Positions 21,085 through 30,678 of a stretch of DNA of 64,000 nt are shown here, piece by piece (positions within the stretch are counted from its first letter, which is position 1; every line of letters starts with the position of its first letter). Below the pieces are notes generated by a model. The model did no database searches. It was not told the DNA's origin and worked only from the letters and a program-made list of their open reading frames with translations. The translations under genes and the position numbers were made by a program. Origin of the DNA: Candidatus Bathyarchaeota archaeon (GTDB taxonomy: Archaea; Thermoproteota; Bathyarchaeia; Bathyarchaeales; Bathycorpusculaceae); NCBI GenBank assembly GCA_963720565.1, contig CAVRFW010000013.1:1-64000 (forward strand), read 5' to 3'.

Positions 21085-22107
21085 ATGGAGAAGTATCTTG
21101 TGACGATAAAACACGTTCGCCTTGTCGATGCAAGCTCAGCTAGCGGGCTTGTTGCAGAGATATACGCTCAAATCAAAAAGGATTTCGGCAAGGTCGTGGA
21201 GCCCTTCGTTCTGCATTCCCCTTTGCCAAAACTCTTGGCCGGAGCCTGGATGGCTTGTCGCGAAACTGAACTAGCGGGTCGCGTTCCCAGATACATGAAA
21301 GAGGCTGTCGCCGCAGCCGTGTCGATGACTAATCGCTGCCCATACTGCGTGGATGCTCACACGATAATGCTAAATGCGGCCGGAGAACACAATGCTGCAA
21401 CCTCAATAAGTCACGCCAATTACGCCAAAATAGGGGATGCCAAAACACGTTCCCTTGCGCAATGGGCATCAACCACGAATACTCCCAACAACGAGTCGCA
21501 GAGCTTGCTTTCGTTTGCACCCCGGGAGGTGCCCGAGATCATCGGAACCGCCGTGTTCTACCACTACATGAACCGAATGGCAACCGTGCTACTGAGTGAA
21601 ACGCCATTACCCTCCAATGCATACTGGCTGAAGAGTCCTCTCAGAAGAATCGCGGGCAGGATGTTCGTCCGTGCAGTCCGCACCCCCAAGACCGCGGGTG
21701 AATCATTGCGCTTTCTTCCCAACGCAGAGTTGCCATCAGACCTGCGCTGGGCAAAACCAAACCCCACGGTCGCCCAAGCCTTCGCCCGTTTCTCAGCAAC
21801 CATCGACGAAACCGGAGAACAATCCATACCTCTCCAAGTGCGCAAGCACCTAACGATGTTCATCAGCAAATGGGCGGGAAGACCAGTCCCACCCGACAAA
21901 CACTGGCTTAGCTCCGAAACCGACCAGTTCAACGAATCAGCAAGAAGCGCAGCCCAGATAGCATTGCTAGCTGCCGTGGCGCCTTGGCAAATAGACGACA
22001 GCACCATTCTCAGGTTCAGACGATACTTCCCCGAGGATCGCATGCTGCTGGGCACAGTGGCTTGGGGAAGCTTTTTAGCTGCCAAAAGAATCGGAACATG
22101 GGTATGA
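21085..22107 (+). CDS. AhpD/carboxymuconolactone decarboxylase family protein
   Basis: KEAVAAAVSMTNRCPYCVDAH motif. Confidence 0.9.
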   Translation: MEKYLVTIKHVRLVDASSASGLVAEIYAQIKKDFGKVVEPFVLHSPLPKLLAGAWMACRETELAGRVPRYMKEAVAAAVSMTNRCPYCVDAHTIMLNAAGEHNAATSISHANYAKIGDAKTRSLAQWASTTNTPNNESQSLLSFAPREVPEIIGTAVFYHYMNRMATVLLSETPLPSNAYWLKSPLRRIAGRMFVRAVRTPKTAGESLRFLPNAELPSDLRWAKPNPTVAQAFARFSATIDETGEQSIPLQVRKHLTMFISKWAGRPVPPDKHWLSSETDQFNESARSAAQIALLAAVAPWQIDDSTILRFRRYFPEDRMLLGTVAWGSFLAAKRIGTWV

Positions 22108-22222
22108 CCCTCCAACTCTTGAAACGATATCACTCCATTGCTAAGCGAAGAGCGCACGCGAGTGCACCGCTAAATTAATAAACCAAACAACCGCATCAGA
22201 CAGACTTGGAGATGAACAGACT

Positions 22223-22903
22223 GTGAAAAAAACGATTTATCTATCCGTCGCAACTTTAACTCTTATTACATTACTCTTCCTGGTCTCCTCTGCCCGAGCA
22301 TACACCGACACTGTGAACAGATTCTCAATAACTCCACCAACCGGATGGACTATTGAGCAGGATATGGAAGGTGTAATTGTCGCATTTCTAGGTCCACAAG
22401 ACCCAGACGTAGGTCCTGTTAACATAAATATTGATATTCAGGAAACTTCTCAAACGCTTGACACTATAATCGAAAACACGAAGCAATCATGGTCAACTTC
22501 CTATTCCGATTACTCTCTGATTACAGATGAAAGCTTGGTTATCAATGGTCATGCTTGTCATGAACTTGAAGTCTCATACACAGACGATGAGACACCCATT
22601 ATGCAAGACTCTGTTCTCTTCCTTGAAAATGACGCCTTGCTCCAGGTAACGTATCTTGCAGGTCCAACAACTTATGATACTTATTCAGACGATTGGGTTG
22701 AAAGTCTTAACACCCTTCAGCTTGAATCTACCCCGTCACCTTCACCTGATGGGTTTAGCTTTCATTTTGAACTAACTGGGCTTCCATTTCTGTTGTTGCT
22801 CACAGCGGTTGCAGCAATTGTCGTTGTAACAGTCGTAGTCTTGGTGAGGAAATCCAAAGCCAATTCTTCAAGAGCCATTCCTCCACCCCCACCCCCTCAA
22901 TGA
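22223..22903 (+). CDS. PsbP/DcrB-like exported protein with C-terminal TM and poly-Pro tail
   Basis: Signal peptide, FSITPPTGW motif, TM + RK + PPPPPP. Confidence 0.8.
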   Translation: MKKTIYLSVATLTLITLLFLVSSARAYTDTVNRFSITPPTGWTIEQDMEGVIVAFLGPQDPDVGPVNINIDIQETSQTLDTIIENTKQSWSTSYSDYSLITDESLVINGHACHELEVSYTDDETPIMQDSVLFLENDALLQVTYLAGPTTYDTYSDDWVESLNTLQLESTPSPSPDGFSFHFELTGLPFLLLLTAVAAIVVVTVVVLVRKSKANSSRAIPPPPPPQ

Positions 22904-23197
22904 CTCGACACCCGGAAGGGCACGCCACCGTTCTCTCAACTGGCGGAAAGACATGAACGAAAAAACTGCAAAGAACACGCCGCAGTCTTTGAAGATTTGA
23001 GCAGAAGAATAGGGCTTTCCAAGATGAGACCGAAGGCACTAGCGCGTTTATCAACCTCCCACGTTAGGCAAAACCAGCATCAAAACTGGTCTATTTCACT
23101 CATGTCTCTGTTTTTGGTCTATGCTTATTCTGAATACTGATTGACGTTTCATAATGTTTTAGCTTCGCCATAGCCCATGTATAGTTTGGATTGATGA

Positions 23198-23362
23198 ATG
23201 GTGGCGCAGAGAAAGAAACGGTATCGAGTGACAAAGGTTCTCCGAGAAAAGATCCAGGTTGATGTGGAAGAAGGGGACATAGTATTTGAAACGGTTGAAG
23301 AAATCTTAGCACCAAGCATCAAAACCAGACGTGACCCCGAGTATTCCAGTGGATCCCGGTAA
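23198..23362 (+). CDS. Small hypothetical protein (54 aa)
   Basis: Manual ORF MVAQRKKRYRVTKVLREKIQVDVEEGDIVFETVEEILAP...; upstream AT-rich promoter-like stretch. Confidence 0.45.
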   Translation: MVAQRKKRYRVTKVLREKIQVDVEEGDIVFETVEEILAPSIKTRRDPEYSSGSR

Positions 23363-23466
23363 CTTTCGGGTTCTTGACGGATTTTCGGAAGCGCACAGCA
23401 GCGAATGTTTTGCCGCATCTTCCCCGTTAGGTCTAATCATGCTTGTGCGCGCCAATCAACAGAACC

Positions 23467-23583
23467 TCACAAGTAATTCTTGGTTGGGCTGGTGTACCAT
23501 TTCCAAACCTCGTCAGCAGTCTTCTCACTATAGCCTGTCTTGCACAGTGACGATTTGAATGTCTTCTCTTTCTTCTTGCCCAA
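23467..23583 (-). CDS. Small hypothetical protein (38 aa)
   Basis: Manual ORF (TTG) MGKKKEKTFKSSLCKTGYSEKTADEVWKWYTSPTKNYL*. Confidence 0.5.
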   Translation of the reverse strand: MGKKKEKTFKSSLCKTGYSEKTADEVWKWYTSPTKNYL

Positions 23584-23821
23584 CCAACACACAGGTCCTT
23601 AAAATCACCACGAAAAAACTGTAATTAAGCTTTTCGAATTCCAAATACAACTCGTAGATATGCACTACACAAATACACAAGCAACACCATAATTTAACAG
23701 AGAAACAAACACCAATCTAGTCATCGACAGAGCAAAACACACATATAAAAAGAACTCCGAACAAACATTCGGAGTGCGAAGCCAACATTCCATTCGCTCG
23801 TATAACGAGGAAGAATCTGGA

Positions 23822-23995
23822 ATGAAGAAAATCAAGGCAACCCCGCGTTTCTTAACTGCTTACGAAAACAAGCACAAAACATCTCTTTGTTGCTCAAGAT
23901 GTGGAAGAAAAATTGGCGCAGACGAATATTTGCTGCGAACCACTCATTTCATCCGCTATTACTGCCTATCCTGTTCAAGGAAAATTGAAATCTAA
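23822..23995 (+). CDS. Small Zn-ribbon protein
   Basis: CSRCG...YYCLSC; ATG at 23822. Confidence 0.6.
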   Translation: MKKIKATPRFLTAYENKHKTSLCCSRCGRKIGADEYLLRTTHFIRYYCLSCSRKIEI

Positions 23996-24170
23996 GCGCG
24001 CGTCCGAATAGCACAAAAAACTAATTTCTATGAGCCAAATAATTTGAATTATGTTTATGAAGAGCGAGCACGGTTCAACCTATGAGGCTAAGAAAAATTG
24101 AAGCTGTAATGAGAACTTGGGGGTTAAGGGTTCTCTTGGGAGTCTGGCCGGTCTCCATTCTCCTCATATC

Positions 24171-24959
24171 CTATTCGTCAAGTTTCTTGTTGCATGATGG
24201 GCACGTTGCGTCTTTTGCTTGAACTGGGCTGTTACAGTAGGGGCATATTCGCTTCTTTCTTATCAGGTGTCGGCCAGGCTTTTCCTTGGCTATCTTTCCA
24301 TCACGTAGAAGAAGGAGTCTTTCTGTGTGAGATGCTGCGTGTGCGTCGTGTGTGACCATGACTATTGTGGTTCCTCGGTTAAGATTGAGGTTTGCGAGTA
24401 ACTCAACAATTTCGCGTTTGTTTTTGCCATCCAAGTTTCCTGTTGGTTCGTCTGCCAAGATTATGGCTGGATCGTTAGCCAAAGCCCGTGCAATAGCTAC
24501 TCTCTGCTGTTCCCCAGCACTGAGGCGTTGAGGTCTGTGTTCTTCTCTTCCCGAGAGACCCACCATACCCAAAAGTTCACTCGCTCTCTGTCTTCTTTCG
24601 CTCTTAGATTTCTTCGTGTTTTCCATAGGCAATTCCACGTTTTCTCTGGCATTCAAATAAGGAAGTAGATTGAAGGTTTGGAAAACAAAGCCAATTTTGT
24701 CTCGCCGTATCTTGTAAAGCTCTCCTTCAGGCAGGTTTGCCACATCCACCCCGTCCAAGAACACTTGTCCGCTTGTGGGTTTGTCCATACACCCTAGAAC
24801 ATTTAGAAGCGTTGTTTTTCCAGAGCCTGAAGGCCCCATGATTGATGCAAACTCGCCTGTGTTGACTTGGAGGTCTAGGTTTGAGAGTGCCTGGACTCTG
24901 CGTTTGCCCAGCGTGTATTCTTTTGACAGCTTCTCTATTCTTAGCACTGCTTCACTCAT
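24171..24959 (-). CDS. ABC transporter ATP-binding protein (LolD/MacB-like) with C-terminal Zn-ribbon
   Basis: GPSGSGKT, LSAGEQQR, ILADEPTGNLD, VTHD; CPYC..CPSC tail. Confidence 0.95.
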   Translation of the reverse strand: MSEAVLRIEKLSKEYTLGKRRVQALSNLDLQVNTGEFASIMGPSGSGKTTLLNVLGCMDKPTSGQVFLDGVDVANLPEGELYKIRRDKIGFVFQTFNLLPYLNARENVELPMENTKKSKSERRQRASELLGMVGLSGREEHRPQRLSAGEQQRVAIARALANDPAIILADEPTGNLDGKNKREIVELLANLNLNRGTTIVMVTHDAHAASHTERLLLLRDGKIAKEKPGRHLIRKKRICPYCNSPVQAKDATCPSCNKKLDE

Positions 24960-26409
24960 ATCGCATCGCCTCCGCTGGTCTTGTTCTGGATGCCCGCCAA
25001 GCAGGATACAGACTTCCCAGAGTCCCCAGCAGTACGGATGCTCCAAGCGCAGTCAGCATGAGCTCTGGAGTTACGATTATGGTTGCGGTCGACGTCGTGT
25101 TGAGTGGTCGTCCGAAAAAGCTTGTCCCTCCAAATTGCGTTACTGTTGGGAGCAGCAGTCCTGAAAGCGCTGGGGCAGCCACGCTGCCTATTATAATTCC
25201 CACAACTCCTGCGATTAGACTTAGCAGCACACCTTCTAGCATGAACTGACGCATGACGGTCCAGTTGCTGAATCCAATGGCTTTGAGCGTGCCGATTTCT
25301 TTGGTCCTCTCACGTACTGTGTATAACATCACGAACAAAACAATGAGGCTAGTTGCGGCGACAGCGACGACGATTTCCCCAAAGGCGGTTGTTTGCATTT
25401 GACTCACAGAAGCTTCCGCATTTTCGAGCGCAGTGGTGTAGCTTGACTGTAGTGCTTGAAGCTCTTCTAATCGTTCCTGGGCTGTACTAACGATGAGTTC
25501 AGGGTGCAAGGTATTTATGGAGCTTGCTACGTCAGTTACTGATCCGCTGTCTTCCGCGAACACGTGAAGGGTTGTTATGTATCCAGTGTTGTCTGTTAAG
25601 GCTTGCGCGTCGGAAAGGTTCATGTAGAGTGTTGTTCGGTCCTCTACTCCTGACGACCCGTGAACACCAATGACTTCGAAGGTTTCTCCCAGTATCTCTA
25701 TTTCATCTCCGACATCTGCTTGAAAATAGACAGTGTTTGCTTCACTTAGAAGGACAACGCCTGTGTCTCCAGTTCGTAGGTTTCTGCCAGCGGTTATGTT
25801 CGCTGGCAAAATAGGATAATTATCTATGAGGCGCGAGGTCAGCTGTATTCCCTCAATGATGTATTCTGTGTTGAGACGGGTGAAGGTTCTTCCGTCTGGA
25901 GCCGTAATTGTCTGGTTTTCTCCTTCAGATGCTTCTAGAACTGCAGCGACCGCGGCAACTGCTTCTATCTCGGCTATGTCTGAATAGAGCGTTTCGTTCA
26001 TGGCAACACTACCTCCGCTGCCGAATGATCCTCCGCCAAATTGGCCAGGTCTTCCTCCGCCACCAAATTGACCGGGGGTAAAGTTGCCGGGATTGGGAGG
26101 GGCTATGCCACCAGGACCTTGAAATGCAGATCCATCACTGGAATCTGGAGGGTTGGTGAAGCCGAATCCTTCAAAACTCGGGGTTAATGTACAGTCTATT
26201 TGTGTTAACGTTTCGTTTATTGTTGCTTCGGTTAAGGTTATTGTGGTTCCAAGGTCCTGGGTTAGTCCAAGTGTCGATTCCTGGTTTGCGATTGCGCCTG
26301 CAGGAATAGAGATCATGATCGCCATTGAGAAACCCAAGGCGATGATTACCAGCAAAGCTCGGATTTTTCTCCGAGATATGTTTCTAACGGCTCTAGTTAC
26401 GATTCCCAA
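24952..26409 (-). CDS. ABC transporter permease (FtsX/MacB-like)
   Basis: TVRERTKEIGTLKAIG and YPAWRASR motifs; large extracytoplasmic domain. Confidence 0.95.
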   Translation of the reverse strand: MGIVTRAVRNISRRKIRALLVIIALGFSMAIMISIPAGAIANQESTLGLTQDLGTTITLTEATINETLTQIDCTLTPSFEGFGFTNPPDSSDGSAFQGPGGIAPPNPGNFTPGQFGGGGRPGQFGGGSFGSGGSVAMNETLYSDIAEIEAVAAVAAVLEASEGENQTITAPDGRTFTRLNTEYIIEGIQLTSRLIDNYPILPANITAGRNLRTGDTGVVLLSEANTVYFQADVGDEIEILGETFEVIGVHGSSGVEDRTTLYMNLSDAQALTDNTGYITTLHVFAEDSGSVTDVASSINTLHPELIVSTAQERLEELQALQSSYTTALENAEASVSQMQTTAFGEIVVAVAATSLIVLFVMLYTVRERTKEIGTLKAIGFSNWTVMRQFMLEGVLLSLIAGVVGIIIGSVAAPALSGLLLPTVTQFGGTSFFGRPLNTTSTATIIVTPELMLTALGASVLLGTLGSLYPAWRASRTRPAEAMRYE

Positions 26410-27070
26410 TGCTCTTTGTCTCCTTTGGCTGCATCCTTTTTTCTAGTAATCTGGATTGATTTGATCCGCCTGTTTGCGCTATTAAGCGTATTCCCAATTC
26501 TATTCCAAATTCGCTTTACAGCTCGAAATGAGCCTAGCGGCAGAACAAGGTGGGCGTGCTTTCTGAAAAGCCATAAACGAAGGAATTGCAACCGGCGGTA
26601 ACCCAAGCTCCACAAAAGCGCGCGCGCTCATGGAGGAAATTCAACAATGAGAAAGGATTCGAGCAGGCAATAGGAGGCATCGCGCTCACTCCAATAACCC
26701 CAACCGCCTTGTCCAGCGGCAACAGAATATACCAAAAGGAAAAATCGTTTAGTTGTCCCTATCGTGCAAGGACAATGTTACCATCGAATTCTCACCCCGA
26801 CTTGAGTAGGCTGCAGCGAGAACTTAGCGACTGCCTGCTCCCTAGCAAGAAAAAGCGTTCGTTAACGGTTTGCGAAGAAAACTTTGCAATTCCGTGAAGC
26901 TGCCTTCTCAAAAACCCTTAAGAAACGAACAACCACTCAATGTTTCGCGGAGCAAGGAAGCAAACACTGAGAGGGGGAATGGTGAAACCCCCACCATTGA
27001 AATCTGTTTCTGAAGAAAGCACCGAAAACTGCAGTGATTTGCGCGAGCGAGTGGGGGAGGGTTAGCTTTC

Positions 27071-28261
27071 GTGATAGAAAATGAAATTTCAAATCAAAGT
27101 ATTTCCACCTTGAGGCAGCTTAAAAGCCACCTAAGACTTTCTTCGGAAGAAGAGAAACGTCTAGCGGAAGTTATTCAGGCTCACCCCATGCGCATAAGTT
27201 CCCACTACCTGTCACTGATCGACTGGAACGACCCATACGACCCCATAATGAGAATGGCGGTTCCCTCGCCCGACGAGCTCAACCTTGATGGTTGCTGGGA
27301 CACCAGCGGCGAATCCGAAAACACAAAAATGCCAGGGATCCAACACAAATACTCAGAAACCGCACTGATTCTCGCCACAAACCAATGCGCCATGTACTGC
27401 AGGCACTGCTTCAGAAAACGCCTGGTCGGGCTACCAACCGAAGAAATTCTAAAACGCTTCGAAGACGCAGCAGAATACATAGAGACACATCCCGAAATAA
27501 ACAACGTCCTCATCAGCGGCGGAGACCCGCTAACGCTCTCCAACAAAATCATCGAACGCTTCCTAAAAGTCCTAACTAGAATCCCCCACCTCAACTTCAT
27601 AAGAATCGGAAGCAGAGTCCCAGTCACCCTTCCAAACAGACTCAAAAACAAAAAACTCCTAAACATCCTCAAAAAATACTCCAAAAACAAGAGACTCTAC
27701 ATCATAACCCAATTCAACCACCCAAGAGAAATAAACCCTGCCTCCATCAACGCAGTAAACAACCTAATCAACGCGGGCGTCCTGGTTAACAACCAAACCG
27801 TCCTCCTTAAACAGGTCAACGACGATCCAACCACGCTCGCTACCCTGATGAACAAACTTACAACGATAGGCGTGACACCATACTACGTATTCCAGTGCCG
27901 TCCACTTGAAAGAGTCAAACATCACTTTCAGGTCCCAATATGCGAAGGCATTAGAATAGTGGAGGAAGCGAAAGCAAACTGTAACGGCTTAAGCAAACGC
28001 TTCAAGTATATCATGTCCCACAGAACAGGCAAAATAGAGATACTAGGCATCATCGACGATGACGTATACTTCAAATACCACGAAGCCAAAAACAAGAAAA
28101 ATCTAGGCGTGATGTTCAAGCGCCAAGTTAACGAACAAGCGGGGTGGCTAGACGATTTCGAATCATACCCTGACCTTGACCGCGTAGAAAGAAAACTCAA
28201 AGCCAGATTTCCAATCATAGAAAGGTCTCCCACCGAAATAACAATCCCAGAGCAAGACTAA
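27071..28261 (+). CDS. KamA-family radical SAM protein (lysine 2,3-aminomutase-like)
   Basis: GIQHKY, CAMYCRHCFRKR, ISGGDPL, TQFNHP, NQTVLL, PYYVFQ. Confidence 0.92.
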   Translation: MIENEISNQSISTLRQLKSHLRLSSEEEKRLAEVIQAHPMRISSHYLSLIDWNDPYDPIMRMAVPSPDELNLDGCWDTSGESENTKMPGIQHKYSETALILATNQCAMYCRHCFRKRLVGLPTEEILKRFEDAAEYIETHPEINNVLISGGDPLTLSNKIIERFLKVLTRIPHLNFIRIGSRVPVTLPNRLKNKKLLNILKKYSKNKRLYIITQFNHPREINPASINAVNNLINAGVLVNNQTVLLKQVNDDPTTLATLMNKLTTIGVTPYYVFQCRPLERVKHHFQVPICEGIRIVEEAKANCNGLSKRFKYIMSHRTGKIEILGIIDDDVYFKYHEAKNKKNLGVMFKRQVNEQAGWLDDFESYPDLDRVERKLKARFPIIERSPTEITIPEQD

Positions 28262-28395
28262 AACTTCTTTTCAAATCAAAAACCGGATGAAGCACGCGCT
28301 CCAATACCGCAAGCTGCGTCAAATATTTGGTCGAATATGCTTTGTGAGATTCTTGTCAAATCGTAAATGAAGCTGGAGGGCATTCATTTTCCTCG

Positions 28396-28701
28396 TTAGC
28401 GCAGGCGCACGAGCCCTTCGATGGACCTGAGCAGCTGGTACCCGAACAGTATCGCTACGAAGTACGTCGGCCACAGAATCGCGGGCCAGTCTCCAGGCAT
28501 GTAGTGCCACAGGTTAGTGGACACCGCGAAGAACTCCATAAGCGCAAGGGCGATCAGCCCGCTGAAAGCCAAGAAGACCTGCTCCTTCACCTCTCGTCTG
28601 CCTCGTCTCTTGCGCCTAATAATCAGCACGGCTGCCCATGACAGGAGGAAGGCGAAGAACAGGACGTACCAACCTGAGTTGAAATCAAGCAATAGGTTCA
28701 T
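28396..28701 (-). CDS. Small 3-TM hypothetical membrane protein
   Basis: ORF 101 aa; MEFFAVSTNLWHY motif; upstream TTTATAA. Confidence 0.75.
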   Translation of the reverse strand: MNLLLDFNSGWYVLFFAFLLSWAAVLIIRRKRRGRREVKEQVFLAFSGLIALALMEFFAVSTNLWHYMPGDWPAILWPTYFVAILFGYQLLRSIEGLVRLR

Positions 28702-28793
28702 GCCGCAAACTGAACGCCGTGCAATTATAAAAGCGTTCCCGAAAGCCTAAACCACCACCCTCTTCATTATTTAGGAGTACGTAAGGGCGCTAT

Positions 28794-29084
28794 CTACCAG
28801 CAGTACCATTTTCCCGTATTCAGGTAAGCCATCATATCCTTCATCTCCGAAGCGTCAAACCAGCTTAGAAGTAACACGTCAACACTCTTACCTTCTATAT
28901 GCCTTACAGCACCATCTTTGTCCACAAACCAATACTCGGGGCATCTTCTATCTTGGAATATCTTAGAATAGAGCTGCCCTTCACCTTCAATCTCTACACC
29001 GCTGGAATACCCTCTCCTTTCGCAATCTTCATAGGAGATTTCTCCATACTTCAACCCGCGACTCAACAGAGGTGCGTTCTCCAC
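28794..29084 (-). CDS. Hypothetical protein
   Basis: ORF 96 aa, no recognised motif. Confidence 0.5.
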   Translation of the reverse strand: MENAPLLSRGLKYGEISYEDCERRGYSSGVEIEGEGQLYSKIFQDRRCPEYWFVDKDGAVRHIEGKSVDVLLLSWFDASEMKDMMAYLNTGKWYCW

Positions 29085-29410
29085 CTAAATCATATTATGA
29101 TATTGCTTATCTAATTATCCATGCTTCAGAAGACGTATACTCGATTCCGACTATACCCTATATTGATTATGATATTCTACCCTACCCCTCTTCTTGCCTG
29201 ATGCATCTTACAAGTGATCAAGGCCTGCAATCATAATCAATGAGCTTGCGAAGACACTGACTTTCTACGAGATGAATGGGCAACAGGTAGAATAGCCAAG
29301 AAAGTAATTGTGTACTATACTATTGAGAATCACTTCGCTTTTTGTGAGGAGCGCATTTTTGCTACACTGTTTCTTTTTGATCCAAACCTGATTTTCAGAA
29401 ATCGACTAGA

Positions 29411-29483
29411 GTCGCGCTATTGTTGCTGATGCTAAGAAAGAAATAGAGTCTGGGAACTGCAAATCTTCACTTTCCCTTTTTTT
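29411..29483 (+). pseudogene. Remnant 3' tip (VALLLLMLRKK*) plus terminator of a lost beta-propeller paralog
   Basis: Matches the LMLRKK* ends of 52283-54903 and 55095-57678; followed by TTCCCTTTTTTT. Confidence 0.65.
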
Positions 29484-29537
29484 GGTGGTTAACAATAGCG
29501 TGAAACAAACATTATAGGAGACGATTCAGAGAAACGA

Positions 29538-29649
29538 GGAGCTGAGTGGGCTCTACGTTAGAGTCAAGAGGCTATGCAGTAGCCTTCATGATTTGCACCT
29601 AAATTTTCCCTTTATCCTTTCAGGTTTCGCTCCGGAGCCTCGGCAAACC
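29538..29649 (+). ncRNA. Putative BHB-bounded structured RNA, copy A
   Basis: GCTG-AGT-GGGCTCT ... GGAGCCT-CGGC-AAA-CC; three G.U pairs in the flanking helices; relaxed outer helix. Confidence 0.6.
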
Positions 29650-29748
29650 ATAGCTGAATTGCTTATTACTGACGAGGACTATTTTAAAGGGAGAAGCATT
29701 TACGGAATAAATAATCCTCAGCAGACAATCCAGTTTCACTACAAAGAA

Positions 29749-30546
29749 CTAATAGATGTCTCCTGACGCGGTTTTCCATAGCAAATCAAAATAGTTTTGA
29801 GCGAAATCAACGAAACTTGGGTTATTTGACCAGAGGAGAGGCACTTCACCCAGGATACCTGTCTCAGTCGAAAAGAAAACTTCCTTGTCAATTACTGAGA
29901 AAACTATTGGTCTATCGTCGAAGCTTAGTTTCAGTTTGAAGCGTGGCTCTTCCACAAGATGTCGCATGGTTCTTGAGAACAACTCCTTCTCTTTTTCATT
30001 GATATAAAAAATGAAACGCGTATCTACCTGTCTACTCAGTGCTTGTTGGGTAATTGCTAAGAAATGTTGAGTATTCTTGGCGCTATTCTTCCATGGAGCC
30101 AAGACGCATATGCTAGCACTAGCCTCTTTGATTGCTCTTCTTGACTTCATCAAGATAGTCTTTTTTCCTGAAATAATCGAGAATTGAGATGTGTTTTGTT
30201 CATCTTTCGCGTTTTCCGTGTTTTGATTCAATTTCTCTACGAGTTTTAGTGCTTCTTCATGCAGGGTAGAGTTTTCCTTATTTTTACGTTCAACAAGAAC
30301 TGAGAGAGCCAGTTCGGGTGAATTAGCCCTGAAAAGGCTGGGTGACGCAATAAGTTTTTCAACCAATCCCAGTTTCTGCAATAAGGGCATTACTCGGTAG
30401 ATGTCTTGCTGGGCTATGTTGGAAATTCTTGAAATTTCTTTTGCACTAGTCGGACCTAGTTTGATCAGTGAAAGATATGTTTTAGCTTGGTTAACTGTGA
30501 GGCCAAGTTGAGTTAGAGTTTTAACGTTTTTTTCACTTTTTAGCAT
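29749..30546 (-). CDS. TrmB-family transcriptional regulator
   Basis: LGLTVNQAKTYLSL..QDIYRVMPLLQKLGLVEK; LWSNNPS..YFDLLW. Confidence 0.9.
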   Translation of the reverse strand: MLKSEKNVKTLTQLGLTVNQAKTYLSLIKLGPTSAKEISRISNIAQQDIYRVMPLLQKLGLVEKLIASPSLFRANSPELALSVLVERKNKENSTLHEEALKLVEKLNQNTENAKDEQNTSQFSIISGKKTILMKSRRAIKEASASICVLAPWKNSAKNTQHFLAITQQALSRQVDTRFIFYINEKEKELFSRTMRHLVEEPRFKLKLSFDDRPIVFSVIDKEVFFSTETGILGEVPLLWSNNPSFVDFAQNYFDLLWKTASGDIY

Positions 30547-30678
30547 GTTTAGACAGTATTACAGTCTCTTGTTTGTTATCTTTTATAATTTTTGCATCTT
30601 TCAGTGGGAGTAGCACTTAAAAGGTTTTAATAGCTTTCATCCTTAAAGGAACAAATCGCAAATCTTGGAGGTCAAAAC

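Noticed and set aside
27300..27900. Strong A/C skew within the kamA-like gene as a sign of foreign or repetitive DNA
   Set aside because: Similar third-position A/C bias appears in other + strand genes here (7414, 9811, 52395), so it looks like local strand/codon bias rather than a distinct element.
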